A DNA stretch of 64,000 nt, taken from contig JBBQER010000002.1 of the NCBI GenBank assembly GCA_038320885.1, positions 43,086 to 107,085 on the forward strand, in the 5' to 3' direction. Shown one piece after another: positions 1 through 8,102 of this stretch. Within the stretch, counting starts at the first letter, position 1. The number at the start of each line of letters is the position of its first letter. The DNA comes from Acidimicrobiia bacterium (GTDB lineage Bacteria; Actinomycetota; Acidimicrobiia; IMCC26256; PALSA-610). A program made the translations under genes and the position numbers. The notes under the pieces are model-generated. The model was not told the DNA's origin and did not search any database. It was given only the letters and a program-made list of their open reading frames with translations.

Positions 1-282
1 TGTGATCGGCGGCGCGACACCGATGGGCGCGGGCAGGTCGTTCTCGCCGGGCCGCCCTTCGTGCATCACGACATCGCGCGACGTGAAGTTCTCGGTGTCG
101 TACGCGACCTCGGCGACACCTTCGTGCGTGACCGGCAACCATGCGCCGCCGTAGCGATCGGTGTGCGCGACCGGGCACGTCTGCCGCAGCTCCTCCCAGA
201 TCGGGTACGGATCGGCGACCCACTGCGGGTCGGTGTGGTCGAAGTCGGTGGCGAAGTCGGTTACGGGCGGGTGATTTTTCAT
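1..282 (-). CDS. cytochrome P450, N-terminal part only (gene runs off the window start)
   Basis: Reverse-strand ATG at 280-282 with GGAG 7 nt upstream. Translation MKNHPPVTDFATDFDHTDPQWVADPYPIWEELRQTCPVAHTDRYGGAWLPVTHEG...GVAPPIT looks like a P450 N-terminus. It lies 4 nt downstream of a ferredoxin gene. It is absent from the ORF track because there is no stop inside the window. Confidence 0.75.
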   Translation of the reverse strand, partial: MKNHPPVTDFATDFDHTDPQWVADPYPIWEELRQTCPVAHTDRYGGAWLPVTHEGVAEVAYDTENFTSRDVVMHEGRPGENDLPAPIGVAPPIT

Positions 283-286
283 CGAC

Positions 287-481
287 TCACTCCGAGATCT
301 CGATCGCGTACTCAGGGCAGTTGGCCACGGCCATGCGAGCTTTCTCTTCGAGCTCGGCGGGAACGACACCGTCGTTGAGCTCGTGCGCGTTGCCGAGCTC
401 GTCGACGTCGAACAGGTCCGGCGCTATCGCGTAACAGCGATTGTGCCCCTGACACTTCTCTGCCACCACGTGTACGCGCAT
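287..481 (-). CDS. small ferredoxin (single Fe-S cluster type, likely P450 redox partner)
   Basis: MRVHVVAEKCQGHNRCYAIAPDLFDVDELGNAHELNDGVVPAELEEKARMAVANCPEYAIEISE, with a CxxHxxC...CP cluster motif. I chose the internal ATG at 479-481 over the longer track ORF 287-589. Confidence 0.8.
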   Translation of the reverse strand: MRVHVVAEKCQGHNRCYAIAPDLFDVDELGNAHELNDGVVPAELEEKARMAVANCPEYAIEISE

Positions 482-587
482 CAACAGGCACGCTAGACCA
501 CCGTGCCGCCACGCCCGCCGCGAAAGTAGGGTGACAACGGTCACACCGAGCCGATCCCACAGAAGTGGCCGGACAGATGGAGGGTCC

Positions 588-1010
588 ATGTCGGAGAATC
601 TGCGCCTGCTCGGGAAGTACAGCGAAGCGATGGCCGGGGGAAACGAAGAAGCCGTCTACGAATTCTTCGGCCCGGAGTTCTCGAGTCACGTGACCGACCG
701 GATCAATCCCGCCGTGAGCGGCACCGACATCCGCGGCTCGGAGGTGAAGTGATGGAACGACGCGCGCACTGCGTTCCCCGACATGACCTTCACCGTGGAC
801 CTGCTCATCGAGCAGGACGATCTCATCGTCTCGAACTGGACCGTGAAGGGGACCCACACCGGCGCCGCGTTCAACGGCGTGGAACCGTCGGGCCGGCCGG
901 TCAACATCAACGGCACCGCGATCCTCCGGATGCGCGACGGCAAGATCGTCGAGCACTGGGGTGGACCGCACTGCCAAGATGGCTACGGTCTCACCCACTC
1001 GCCGACCTGA
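588..1010 (+). pseudogene. SnoaL-like polyketide/ester cyclase family gene interrupted by an in-frame TGA at 750-752
   Basis: Track ORFs 531-752 and 783-1010 are in the same frame. Reading through gives ...IRGSEVK*WNDARTAFPDMTFTVDLLIEQDDLIVSNWTVKGTHTGAAFNGVEPSGRPVNINGTAILRMRDGKIVEHWGG, typical of ester-cyclase/SnoaL proteins. ATG at 588 is preceded by GGAGGG. Confidence 0.65.
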
Positions 1011-1019
1011 CCGTTCCGG

Positions 1020-1685
1020 TTACGCGGTCTTCGCTCGGGCGCGCACCTCGTACGCGCAATGCGGCGCACCGGCGACCATGTGCTGCACGCGCTCGACCTC
1101 GGCTTCCGGCAACACGGAGCGGATGAACTCGATCTCGCTGGAGCACGCCTGGCCGTAGCGCTGTGCGACCGCCCAGATCGCGCAGTTGTGCTCGACGATC
1201 CGGAACTGACGCGGGCCGAGCACCTCGCAGGTCGCGAGGTACCCGTCGCCGTCGAGGATGCGAGTCAGCTCCTCGACCTTGGCCTTCAGCGTCCGGCACT
1301 TCGCGAGCCGGGTGGTCGCGTTGCGGATGCGCTCGTCGCGCCGGCGTTCGAACAGCGTGTCGATGAGGCCCGCATCGGCCTCCGACGCGTAGCCGAGCAA
1401 CTCGTTGGTGAGCTCGCCGTAGGCCTTGGGAAACAACGCGTCGGCCTTCTCGGTAACCGTGTACGCGAGCTGGGCCCGCCCGCGTTGACCGGAGGGCCGC
1501 GGGAGCTCACCTGCGTGGGCGAAGCCCTCATCCACCAACGCGCTCAGATGCTGGCGCGCGCCGCTCACGGTCATGTCGAGCTGCCGCGCGATGTCATTGG
1601 CCGATGCCTGACCGCGGCGGCGCAACGCGTAGAGCACCGCGCGCCGCCCTTCGGGCATGGCCGGCGCGACGCGATCGTCGGTCAT
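1020..1685 (-). CDS. winged-helix transcriptional regulator (ArsR/MarR-like N-terminal HTH with a C-terminal Cys-containing domain)
   Basis: MTDDRVAPAMPEGRRAVLYALRRRGQASANDIARQLDMTVSGARQHLSALVDEGF... The start ATG at 1683-1685 overlaps the upstream gene's stop by ATGA. Confidence 0.7.
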   Translation of the reverse strand: MTDDRVAPAMPEGRRAVLYALRRRGQASANDIARQLDMTVSGARQHLSALVDEGFAHAGELPRPSGQRGRAQLAYTVTEKADALFPKAYGELTNELLGYASEADAGLIDTLFERRRDERIRNATTRLAKCRTLKAKVEELTRILDGDGYLATCEVLGPRQFRIVEHNCAIWAVAQRYGQACSSEIEFIRSVLPEAEVERVQHMVAGAPHCAYEVRARAKTA

Positions 1686-2758
1686 CGCGCCCGCTCCGGA
1701 AGCAACAGGTGGCTGTCGCCGAACTCGTGCCACAGGTACCCGGCGCGATGCGCCTCGGCGTACGCACGCTCCAGCGCGGGCCGTCCGGCAATCGCTTCGA
1801 GCATGAGCAGGTGCGTGGCTTCCGGTTCGTGCCAACCGGTGAGCAGCCCGTCGACCGCGTGCACGCCGCGCTCGGGCGTGACGACGACCTCGGTCCACCC
1901 AACGCCTGGATGCGTGACGCCGCGTGCATCGGTGACGGTCTCGAGCGCGCGGACCACGGTGGTACCGGCCGCGATCACGCGGCCACCCGCCTGGTGCACG
2001 GCGTTGACGTGCGCGGCCGTCGCGTCGGACACGCGGTAGCGCTCGGGATACGGCATCTCATGAGCTTCGAGCGAGGAGACACCAGTGTGCAAGAGGACCG
2101 GCACGATTGTGACACCCCGGCGGGCGAGGTCGACGACGATCTCGGCCGTGAACGGGCGGGACGCGCTCGGCATCTCGGCGCTGCCCGGCTCGACCCCGAA
2201 GACCTGCTGGTACGCGCTCAGCGGCCAGTTGCCGGGAGCGTGCTTGTAGCGGATCGGCTCGCCATAGCGGGCCAGGTGGTCGAGCACGGTCGCATCAAGG
2301 TGCGGCGACGCGAGCCACAGCCGCCGCGAGTCGGCGAAGCGCTCGAAGAGGTGCACGTGCCCACCACCCGCGAGGGTGATGTCGGCGCCGGTGAGGTCGC
2401 CGAAGAACGGGACCGTCGTGTCGCCGGCAGGCGCGCGGGCTTCGACGAGCCAGAGGCCGCCGGGCATCTCGGTGGAGAAGTGGATCCGCAGCGCGCGGCC
2501 GTTGGCCGAGGTGCCGTCGATCGCAGCGGGAATCGTCGCCGAGGTGTTGACGACGAGCGCGTCGCCGGCGCGCAGCATGCTGGGCAGATCGCGGAACGTC
2601 ACGTGCTCGACGTCGGTGTCGCCGTTCGACACGAGGAGTCGCACGTTGTCGCGACCGCGTCCCCATACCTCGGGCGGCTCGTGCGCTTCCAGCGAGAGAT
2701 CGAGCGGGATCGCCAGCGCCGACGCGACCGGCGCCGGGGGCTCCAGCACCATGGTCAT
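1682..2758 (-). CDS. S-adenosylmethionine:tRNA ribosyltransferase-isomerase (QueA) family protein
   Basis: Only the last 358 aa of track ORF 1682-4294 are used. Motifs LVVNTSATIPA, GTTVVRALE, LTGWHEPEATHLLMLEA and YLWHEFGDSHLLL parallel E. coli QueA (LVFNNTRVIPA, GTTSVRSLE, VTNFHLPESTLIMLVSA, YRFFSYGDAMFI). ATGA overlaps occur at both ends. Confidence 0.8.
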   Translation of the reverse strand: MTMVLEPPAPVASALAIPLDLSLEAHEPPEVWGRGRDNVRLLVSNGDTDVEHVTFRDLPSMLRAGDALVVNTSATIPAAIDGTSANGRALRIHFSTEMPGGLWLVEARAPAGDTTVPFFGDLTGADITLAGGGHVHLFERFADSRRLWLASPHLDATVLDHLARYGEPIRYKHAPGNWPLSAYQQVFGVEPGSAEMPSASRPFTAEIVVDLARRGVTIVPVLLHTGVSSLEAHEMPYPERYRVSDATAAHVNAVHQAGGRVIAAGTTVVRALETVTDARGVTHPGVGWTEVVVTPERGVHAVDGLLTGWHEPEATHLLMLEAIAGRPALERAYAEAHRAGYLWHEFGDSHLLLPERAR

Positions 2759-3447
2759 GACACGACCTCCGCGGCCCGGACCCGCCCACTGGGATGGTCT
2801 CCGTTGATCAATGCGACCAGATTGGGCACGACGTCCGCAGGCAGCGGCCGGTCGGAGATGTCTTCGCCGGGAAACGCGTCTTGGTGCATCTCGGTGCGCA
2901 TGTCGCCGGGATCGACCACCAGCACGCGTACGTTCGGTTGCTCGGCGGCGAGGACAGCGGACAGCTGGTCGAACGCAGCCTTCGACGAGCCGTAACCGCC
3001 CCAACTCTCGTACGCCTCGACCGCGGCGTCGGACGTGACGTTCACGATTGTTCCGCCCGAAGCTGCGAGAAGTGAGAGCAGCAGTTGCGTCAGCGCGAGC
3101 GGTGCCACCACGTTGACCTCGTAGATGCGCCGGAACACGTCGAGGCTGATGTCGGCGAGCGCCGGCAACGGGCTCTCGCCCAAGGTGCTCGCGTTGTTCA
3201 CGAGCAGGTCGAGGCGCCCGAGCGCCTGCACGGCTTCGACGAGCTGGGCGCGGTGCGTCGGGTCGGCGACGTCGCCGGGGATCGAGACGACGGCGGTGCG
3301 TTCGGCCAGCGCCGACGCGGCCGGCTCGAGGCAGTCGGCCCGGCGGGCGTCGATCACGAGCGCCCACCCGTCGTCGGCCAGGGCATCCGCCAGCGCCCGG
3401 CCCAGGCCCTGCGACGCCCCGGTGATGAGTGCGACTCGTTGGTTCAT
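2755..3447 (-). CDS. SDR family oxidoreductase
   Basis: MNQRVALITGASQGLGRALA... (TGxxxGxG), NNAS, YGSSKAA (YxxxK). Confidence 0.85.
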   Translation of the reverse strand: MNQRVALITGASQGLGRALADALADDGWALVIDARRADCLEPAASALAERTAVVSIPGDVADPTHRAQLVEAVQALGRLDLLVNNASTLGESPLPALADISLDVFRRIYEVNVVAPLALTQLLLSLLAASGGTIVNVTSDAAVEAYESWGGYGSSKAAFDQLSAVLAAEQPNVRVLVVDPGDMRTEMHQDAFPGEDISDRPLPADVVPNLVALINGDHPSGRVRAAEVVS

Positions 3448-3489
3448 GGCGAACCTCCTGACTCTGCCTAGGAAGGTACCACAAAGAAC

Positions 3490-3504
3490 AAGTAGTTACT
3501 ACTT
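3490..3504. promoter_or_regulatory. 15-bp AT-rich perfect palindrome AAGTAGTTACTACTT in a divergent promoter region
   Basis: 7-1-7 palindrome in the 94-bp gap between the SDR operon start (3447, minus) and the methyltransferase start (3542, plus). The sequence is locally AT-rich in a GC-rich genome. Confidence 0.4.
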
Positions 3505-3541
3505 CTATTCCGCGAGGCGAGCGCGGGGGTGAGAATGCGGC

Positions 3542-4285
3542 GTGGCCACCCGGGAGCGCGCGGACTACGGGTTCGACTCGCCGTACGTGCCGATCTTCCT
3601 CTGCGGGTGGGGCGCGCTGTTGATCGTGGGCGGCATCGTCTTGCTGGTGACGATCGGGCCCCGGCCCGCGACCGTGCCGCTCGCGATCGGGCTGTTCACG
3701 CTGCTGAGCGGGCTCAGCTTCGTCTACACGACCCGGCGCGGGAAGCTCGCGGTCTGGACCGAGCTCCTCGCCGCACTCCCCTTCGATGGCGACGAGACGA
3801 TCGTCGACCTGGGCTGTGGCCGCGGCGCGGTGTTGGTGCGGGCCGCGCGACGTGTGCCGCGTGGCCGGGCGGTCGGCGTCGACATCTGGCGACGGGTCGA
3901 TCAGACGGGCAATAACTCCGACGCGACGCGCCGCAATCTCGCGATTGAGGGCGTGATCGACCAGGCGCGTTTGTGCACCGGCGACATGCGAGCGCTGCCG
4001 TTTGCAACCGGCGCCGCCGACGTCGTGGTGTCGAGCCTGGCCATCCACAACATCCCCGACGCCGAGGGCCGGCGGCGGGCGATCGAGGAGGCGTACCGCG
4101 CGGTGCGAATCGGCGGTCGCGTCCTCGTCGCCGATTTCCGGGCGACGGGCGAGTACGCCGAGACGCTGCGCGCGCTCGGCGTACTCGATGTTGCGACCCA
4201 CAATCTCGGTTGGCGCTTCTGGTACGGCGGACCCTGGGCAGCGACGCGACTCGTCATCGCGACCAAAACCCCCGAACCGTCGTGA
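3542..4285 (+). CDS. class I SAM-dependent methyltransferase with N-terminal membrane segments
   Basis: Hydrophobic N-terminus (IFLCGWGALLIVGGIVLLV..., AIGLFTLLSGLSFVY), then the SAM motif IVDLGCGRGAV and a VVVSSLAIHNIPD post-I region. Confidence 0.8.
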   Translation: MATRERADYGFDSPYVPIFLCGWGALLIVGGIVLLVTIGPRPATVPLAIGLFTLLSGLSFVYTTRRGKLAVWTELLAALPFDGDETIVDLGCGRGAVLVRAARRVPRGRAVGVDIWRRVDQTGNNSDATRRNLAIEGVIDQARLCTGDMRALPFATGAADVVVSSLAIHNIPDAEGRRRAIEEAYRAVRIGGRVLVADFRATGEYAETLRALGVLDVATHNLGWRFWYGGPWAATRLVIATKTPEPS

Positions 4286-4336
4286 GTGAGGCATGCATGT
4301 GATGCCCCAGTCACGCCGGTTCGAGCTCGATGGGGG

Positions 4337-4804
4337 TTACGCGGCTTCGACTTTGAATACGGGGTAGCCGGGCGCGATGGCGGCGAGCTGGTCGTCGGAG
4401 GCGTCGGGGCCGACACCGTCGAAGAACACGCCGACTTCCGCCTTCCAGTGGCGCAGGTAGTCACGGAGGATGTCGACCTTGTCGGCGGCGGCAACGGGGA
4501 CGGCGCGGAACGCCTCCACCCGGCGTCCGACGCGCAGCTCGCCGGTTCCGGCGGCCTCGATGTTGCGGACCCACTGCGTGAGCCCGCGAGGGGCGACGAG
4601 GTAGCGGGCGCCGTCGTGGTGCAGGAGATTGACCGGCGTCTTGCGCCACTCCCCTGATGCGCGGCCCCGCACCCGGAGCTCGCGGGACCCGCGCACGCTC
4701 AGGCCGGCGCGGGTCAACCACACCACGAGCTTGTTGAACACGTTGCGGGTGAACCAGCCGGGCTGGAGGTAGCGGGGGCCGGCGGTGGTGGTGATGGCGG
4801 TCAT
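4337..4804 (-). CDS. deazaflavin (F420)-dependent nitroreductase family protein (DUF385/Ddn-like)
   Basis: MTAITTTAGPRYLQPGWFTRNVFNKLVVWLTRAGLSVRGSRELRVRGRASGEWRKTPVNLLHHDGARYLVAPRGLTQWVRNIEAAG... Internal ATG at 4802-4804. Confidence 0.7.
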   Translation of the reverse strand: MTAITTTAGPRYLQPGWFTRNVFNKLVVWLTRAGLSVRGSRELRVRGRASGEWRKTPVNLLHHDGARYLVAPRGLTQWVRNIEAAGTGELRVGRRVEAFRAVPVAAADKVDILRDYLRHWKAEVGVFFDGVGPDASDDQLAAIAPGYPVFKVEAA

Positions 4805-4829
4805 GGCGGGTCCTTCCTCGGGGTCGAGC

Positions 4830-4913
4830 GAGAGCACTGCTCTCGATTGCAGTGTGATCGCCTCGAGCCCACTTGTCAAGAGCAGTGCTCTCGATTCGTG
4901 GCAGTGCTCTCGG
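4830..4913. promoter_or_regulatory. three copies of an operator-like motif (GAGAGCACTGCTCTC palindrome and two AGCAGTGCTCTCG(A/G) repeats)
   Basis: 4830-4844 GAGAGCACTGCTCTC (7-1-7 palindrome), 4879-4896 AAGAGCAGTGCTCTCGATT, and 4901-4915 GCAGTGCTCTCGGAT. All lie between the divergent F420-reductase and TetR starts. Confidence 0.55.
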
Positions 4914-4933
4914 ATCAGGGCTACGCTCCGGGA

Positions 4934-5638
4934 ATGCCCACGACGTCAGCGCCGACCGCCCGGGACCGGGCCCGGGCCGAGCTCACCGACGAGATCAAGG
5001 CCGTTGCCCGCCGGCATCTGGTGGAGCACGGCTCGGCGGCCCTGTCGTTGCGCGCGGTCGCCCGCGAGGTCGGCATGGTGTCGTCGGCCGTGTACCACTA
5101 CTTCCCCAGCCGCGACGAGCTGCTGACCGCGCTCATCGTCGACGCCTACAACGCGGTCGGCGCCGCTGCGGAAGACGCGCTCGCCGCGCACCGCCGCCGG
5201 GGCCCCGGCGCCCGCTGGCTCGGGGTGAGCCAGGCGATCCGAGCGTGGGCACTGGCGCATCCGCACGAGTACGCGCTCATCTACGGCAGCCCGGTGCTCG
5301 GCTACGCCGCGCCCCCGGACACGATCGACCCGGCCTCGCGCGTCGCGTTGGCACTCCTGCAGATCGTCGTGGACGGCGTCGCCACCGGCAAGATCGCCGA
5401 CCGAGACGCGTCGTCGATACCCCGGGTCGTGCACGCCGACTTCGCCGGGCTCCGCGAGCTCGCGGCACCCGGCGTCTCCGATGCGGTGTTGTCTCGCACC
5501 TTGCTCGCGTGGTCACAGTTGTTCGGCAGTATCAGCCTCGAGATGTTCGGCCATTTGCACAACGTGATCCACGACTACGACGCCTACTTCACGTTCCAGA
5601 TGCGACGGACCGCCGAGTTCCTCGTCGAAGGGACGTGA
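4934..5638 (+). CDS. TetR family transcriptional regulator
   Basis: LSLRAVAREVGMVSSAVYHYFPSRDELLTALI is a TetR_N HTH. Internal ATG at 4934. Confidence 0.85.
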   Translation: MPTTSAPTARDRARAELTDEIKAVARRHLVEHGSAALSLRAVAREVGMVSSAVYHYFPSRDELLTALIVDAYNAVGAAAEDALAAHRRRGPGARWLGVSQAIRAWALAHPHEYALIYGSPVLGYAAPPDTIDPASRVALALLQIVVDGVATGKIADRDASSIPRVVHADFAGLRELAAPGVSDAVLSRTLLAWSQLFGSISLEMFGHLHNVIHDYDAYFTFQMRRTAEFLVEGT

Positions 5639-5642
5639 CGCC

Positions 5643-5954
5643 ATGAGCCCCGAGCCCCACGCCCCGCTACCCGACGACGCGATCACCATTGCCGACAATC
5701 GCGACGCGAGCCGCTACGAGCTGCGCGTCGGTGGCGAGCTGGCCGCCTACGTCACCTACCGGGTCTCGTCGGACCGCATCGCGTTCATCCACACCGAGAC
5801 CCTCGACACATTCGAGGGCCACGGCATCGGAGGTCGCCTCGTACGGTTCGCGCTCGACGCCGCAAGCACCCGGGGCCTCCGGGTCATCCCGCGGTGCCCA
5901 TTCGTGAAGCGCTACATCGCCGTGCACCCGGAGTATCAAGACCTCGTGGGCTAG
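5643..5954 (+). CDS. small GNAT-family N-acetyltransferase (YjdJ-like)
   Basis: ...IAFIHTETLDTFEGHGIGGRLVRFALDAASTRGLRVIPRCPFVKRYIAVHPEYQDLV. Confidence 0.75.
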   Translation: MSPEPHAPLPDDAITIADNRDASRYELRVGGELAAYVTYRVSSDRIAFIHTETLDTFEGHGIGGRLVRFALDAASTRGLRVIPRCPFVKRYIAVHPEYQDLVG

Positions 5955-6208
5955 CCGTTCGACGAGGTATTCGACTCGGTCCGAAGGGAGATCCGGTTCC
6001 GTGGGCTCAGCGCGGGCGACTGACACTTCGGGTGCCCGCACGAAGCGGTCATCCCGGTCTGCACATCGCTGCGGCTGACCGCGACGATACGGCGCTCGCA
6101 CCAACAGGAGACCGGGAGCACACCCGAATCCGGCTTCACATTCATGAAGCCGTGGGCGTCGTAAACAAGCGGCGACGGCGCGTATCGGCGGTGTCGACTG
6201 GCAGTCAT
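5951..6208 (-). CDS. hypothetical small Cys-rich protein (85 aa)
   Basis: MTASRHRRYAPSPLVYDAHGFMNVKPDSGVLPVSCWCERRIVAVSRSDVQTGMTASCGHPKCQ... has CxC...CxxxxC. AAGGAA lies about 10 nt upstream of the ATG at 6206-6208. No family recognised. Confidence 0.4.
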   Translation of the reverse strand: MTASRHRRYAPSPLVYDAHGFMNVKPDSGVLPVSCWCERRIVAVSRSDVQTGMTASCGHPKCQSPALSPRNRISLRTESNTSSNG

Positions 6209-6490
6209 CGGTTCGAATTCCTTTCGCGACAAAATGGACCAGCCCCGCGGAATGTGTAGAGGAGTATGCCGAAAGACGGCGCAGAGCCGCCTCCCCCGAA
6301 GGAGTGAGTCACTTCGAGTGCACGCACGACGACCGAGCGCGACAAAACCGAGCGAGACCCCGGCACCGACGAGAACCACTCATGCAAAGGCTGGCTTTAC
6401 CCACTCTGGTGGGCAAACATGCACGTAAGTCGGCAGGGATGCCGGCGGGGTGGCTACAGATTCAAACCCGTGGCGCTGTAGTCGCGCACT

Positions 6491-6528
6491 CCGGGCCGGG
6501 GGCTGACGTGGGTCGGCTCCCGGCCCGG
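6491..6528 (-). terminator. GC-rich hairpin just downstream of the LuxR-family gene
   Basis: CCGGGCCGGGGGC...GGCTCCCGGCCCGG forms a near-perfect 13-14 bp stem 14 nt past the stop at 6542. No clear U-tract. Confidence 0.45.
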
Positions 6529-6541
6529 CAGCGCAAATCAG

Positions 6542-7168
6542 CTACCCCGCGCTGACCCGCCGGAATCTCGGGTCGGCCGCGATCCGGGCGACCGCCTGCG
6601 CCCGCGAGCCGACACCGGCCTTCTGAAAGATTGCCTTCAGGTGGCTCTTCACGGTGTGCTCGCTGATGGACAGCGCATCGGCCATGTCGCGGTTCGACAG
6701 GCCCTCGCCAAGGAACGCCGCCACCTCGCTCTCGCGCGCCGTGAGGCCGAAATCGTGGCCGGGCCACGTGTAACCCCGCGGGCGGCGGAAGATCGGGCTG
6801 ACCACGAGATCGCCGTCGGCGATGGCGAGCAACGCGTGCACCAGAGCCTCTGCGGGCTCCGACTTCGCGATCACGCCGCGCGCGCCCGCGGCGACTGCGG
6901 CCTCGCACTGCTCGCTCGTGATCGCCCACGTGTACACGACGACGGCGCCGATCCGCAGATCGCCCGCGAGCAGTCGCACCCGGTCGGGGCCGTTGCGCGG
7001 GTGCCCGTAGGTGTCGAACAGCGCGACGTCGACCGACTTGCGCGGGGTGCGCCCGACGTCGAGCTCGACGACGCGAATGCGATCGCGGAACGGATCGAGC
7101 AACGCGGCGAGCCCGCGGACGACGAGGTCGTAGTCGTTGACGATGGCGACGCGTTTGAGTCGCGTCAT
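6542..7168 (-). CDS. LuxR/NarL-family response regulator
   Basis: REC-like N-terminus (VAIVNDYDLVVRGL..., VDVALFDTYG, GARGVIAKS) and a C-terminal LuxR HTH (LTARESEVAAFLGEGLSNRDMADALSISEHTVKSHLKAIFQKAGV). Confidence 0.85.
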   Translation of the reverse strand: MTRLKRVAIVNDYDLVVRGLAALLDPFRDRIRVVELDVGRTPRKSVDVALFDTYGHPRNGPDRVRLLAGDLRIGAVVVYTWAITSEQCEAAVAAGARGVIAKSEPAEALVHALLAIADGDLVVSPIFRRPRGYTWPGHDFGLTARESEVAAFLGEGLSNRDMADALSISEHTVKSHLKAIFQKAGVGSRAQAVARIAADPRFRRVSAG

Positions 7169-8049
7169 TACAACTCGCCGCGTGCCATCAGCTCGACCGG
7201 ATCCTGCATGCGCACCATGCCGAGATAGCCACCTCCGCGCGGAAGACTGTCGTGCATGGCATACCCGAGAAGCTCCTGCGCCACACGCGGAAGCGTCGCC
7301 GCGATCGCCGGTGGCGTCGAGAGATAGTTGTTCTCCTCGGTACGCAGCCAGCCGAGGCAGTAGCTGAGGTGCGCGCCGCGACGCGGGATATCGGTGACGT
7401 TCGCGCCGCCGGCGTGGATCGTGCCGCCCGTGTAGACGACGGCGGATCCCGCGGACATCTCCGCGTACGCGATCTCTTCGGGCCGGGGCGCGCGTTGCTG
7501 CAGCTGCTCGGTGGGCAGGAGCTGCCGATCAGGCCAGCGATGACTGCCCGGAACGATCCGCGTCGCTCCGTTCTCGCGTGTGAAATCGACGAACGCGATC
7601 ACCGTGGCGAGCTGGAGCTCGGGTGCCGGCTTCGGCACGTCGCTCCATACCGCCTCGTCGCGATGAAGCCACTGCTCGTCGGATCCGGGACCACGTTGCA
7701 ACAGATGCCCGAGGTTGAGCTGATAGCGCGCGCACGACGGCGCGAGGATCCGATCGCACAGTGCGAGAAGCAACGGATGGCACATGACGTCGACCGCGAA
7801 GGTCCGTGAGATGCCCGGCATCCCCGCGACCTGCTTCGTGAACCGGCCGTGAAACGCTTGCATGACCGGGTTGAACAGCGCCTCGTTCGGGTCGGCCGCG
7901 GCGACGGCATCCTCGACCTCCGCGTTCACGTGGTCGACGACATCGAGTGAGAGCAACCCCTCGATGATCGCGGCGCCGTCGCGCTCGATCGCGGCGTGGA
8001 TCGCATCGGGATCGCTGCCGCCGGTGAAGTGTTGGAGTGTGCCGTCCAT
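7168..8049 (-). CDS. phytanoyl-CoA dioxygenase (PhyH) family Fe(II)/2-oxoglutarate oxygenase
   Basis: ...QWLHRDEAVW..., NGATRIVPGSHRW, GGTIHAGGAN. The stop overlaps the LuxR start (TAATG at 7166-7170). Confidence 0.75.
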   Translation of the reverse strand: MDGTLQHFTGGSDPDAIHAAIERDGAAIIEGLLSLDVVDHVNAEVEDAVAAADPNEALFNPVMQAFHGRFTKQVAGMPGISRTFAVDVMCHPLLLALCDRILAPSCARYQLNLGHLLQRGPGSDEQWLHRDEAVWSDVPKPAPELQLATVIAFVDFTRENGATRIVPGSHRWPDRQLLPTEQLQQRAPRPEEIAYAEMSAGSAVVYTGGTIHAGGANVTDIPRRGAHLSYCLGWLRTEENNYLSTPPAIAATLPRVAQELLGYAMHDSLPRGGGYLGMVRMQDPVELMARGEL

Positions 8050-8102
8050 TTCAAGGAGGCTACGCCTGCAGTAACTTTGAGGCCTGTGCATGATCGTGCG
8101 CT

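Noticed and set aside
750-752. TGA reassigned to Trp or selenocysteine, suggested because two in-frame TGAs (750 and 29795) sit where Trp would fit
   Set aside because: Many genes here clearly terminate at TGA, including at least ten ATGA/GTGA start-stop overlaps. The genome is GC-rich, unlike known code-4 lineages. No SECIS-like hairpin follows either site. Nonsense mutation or base-call error is the simpler explanation.
1682-4294. 870-aa minus-strand ORF spanning four annotated genes
   Set aside because: Only the C-terminal 358 aa (1682-2758) are QueA-like. The upstream 500 aa are Arg/Pro/Gly/Ala-rich nonsense running antisense or out of frame through the SDR and methyltransferase genes. 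This is a typical GC-rich run-on ORF.
6209-6222. GGTTCGAATTCC resembling a tRNA T-loop (GGTTCGAATCC)
   Set aside because: The flanking bases cannot form a T-stem, acceptor stem or anticodon arm. The motif overlaps the RBS region of the small Cys-rich ORF. No tRNA is called anywhere in the window.
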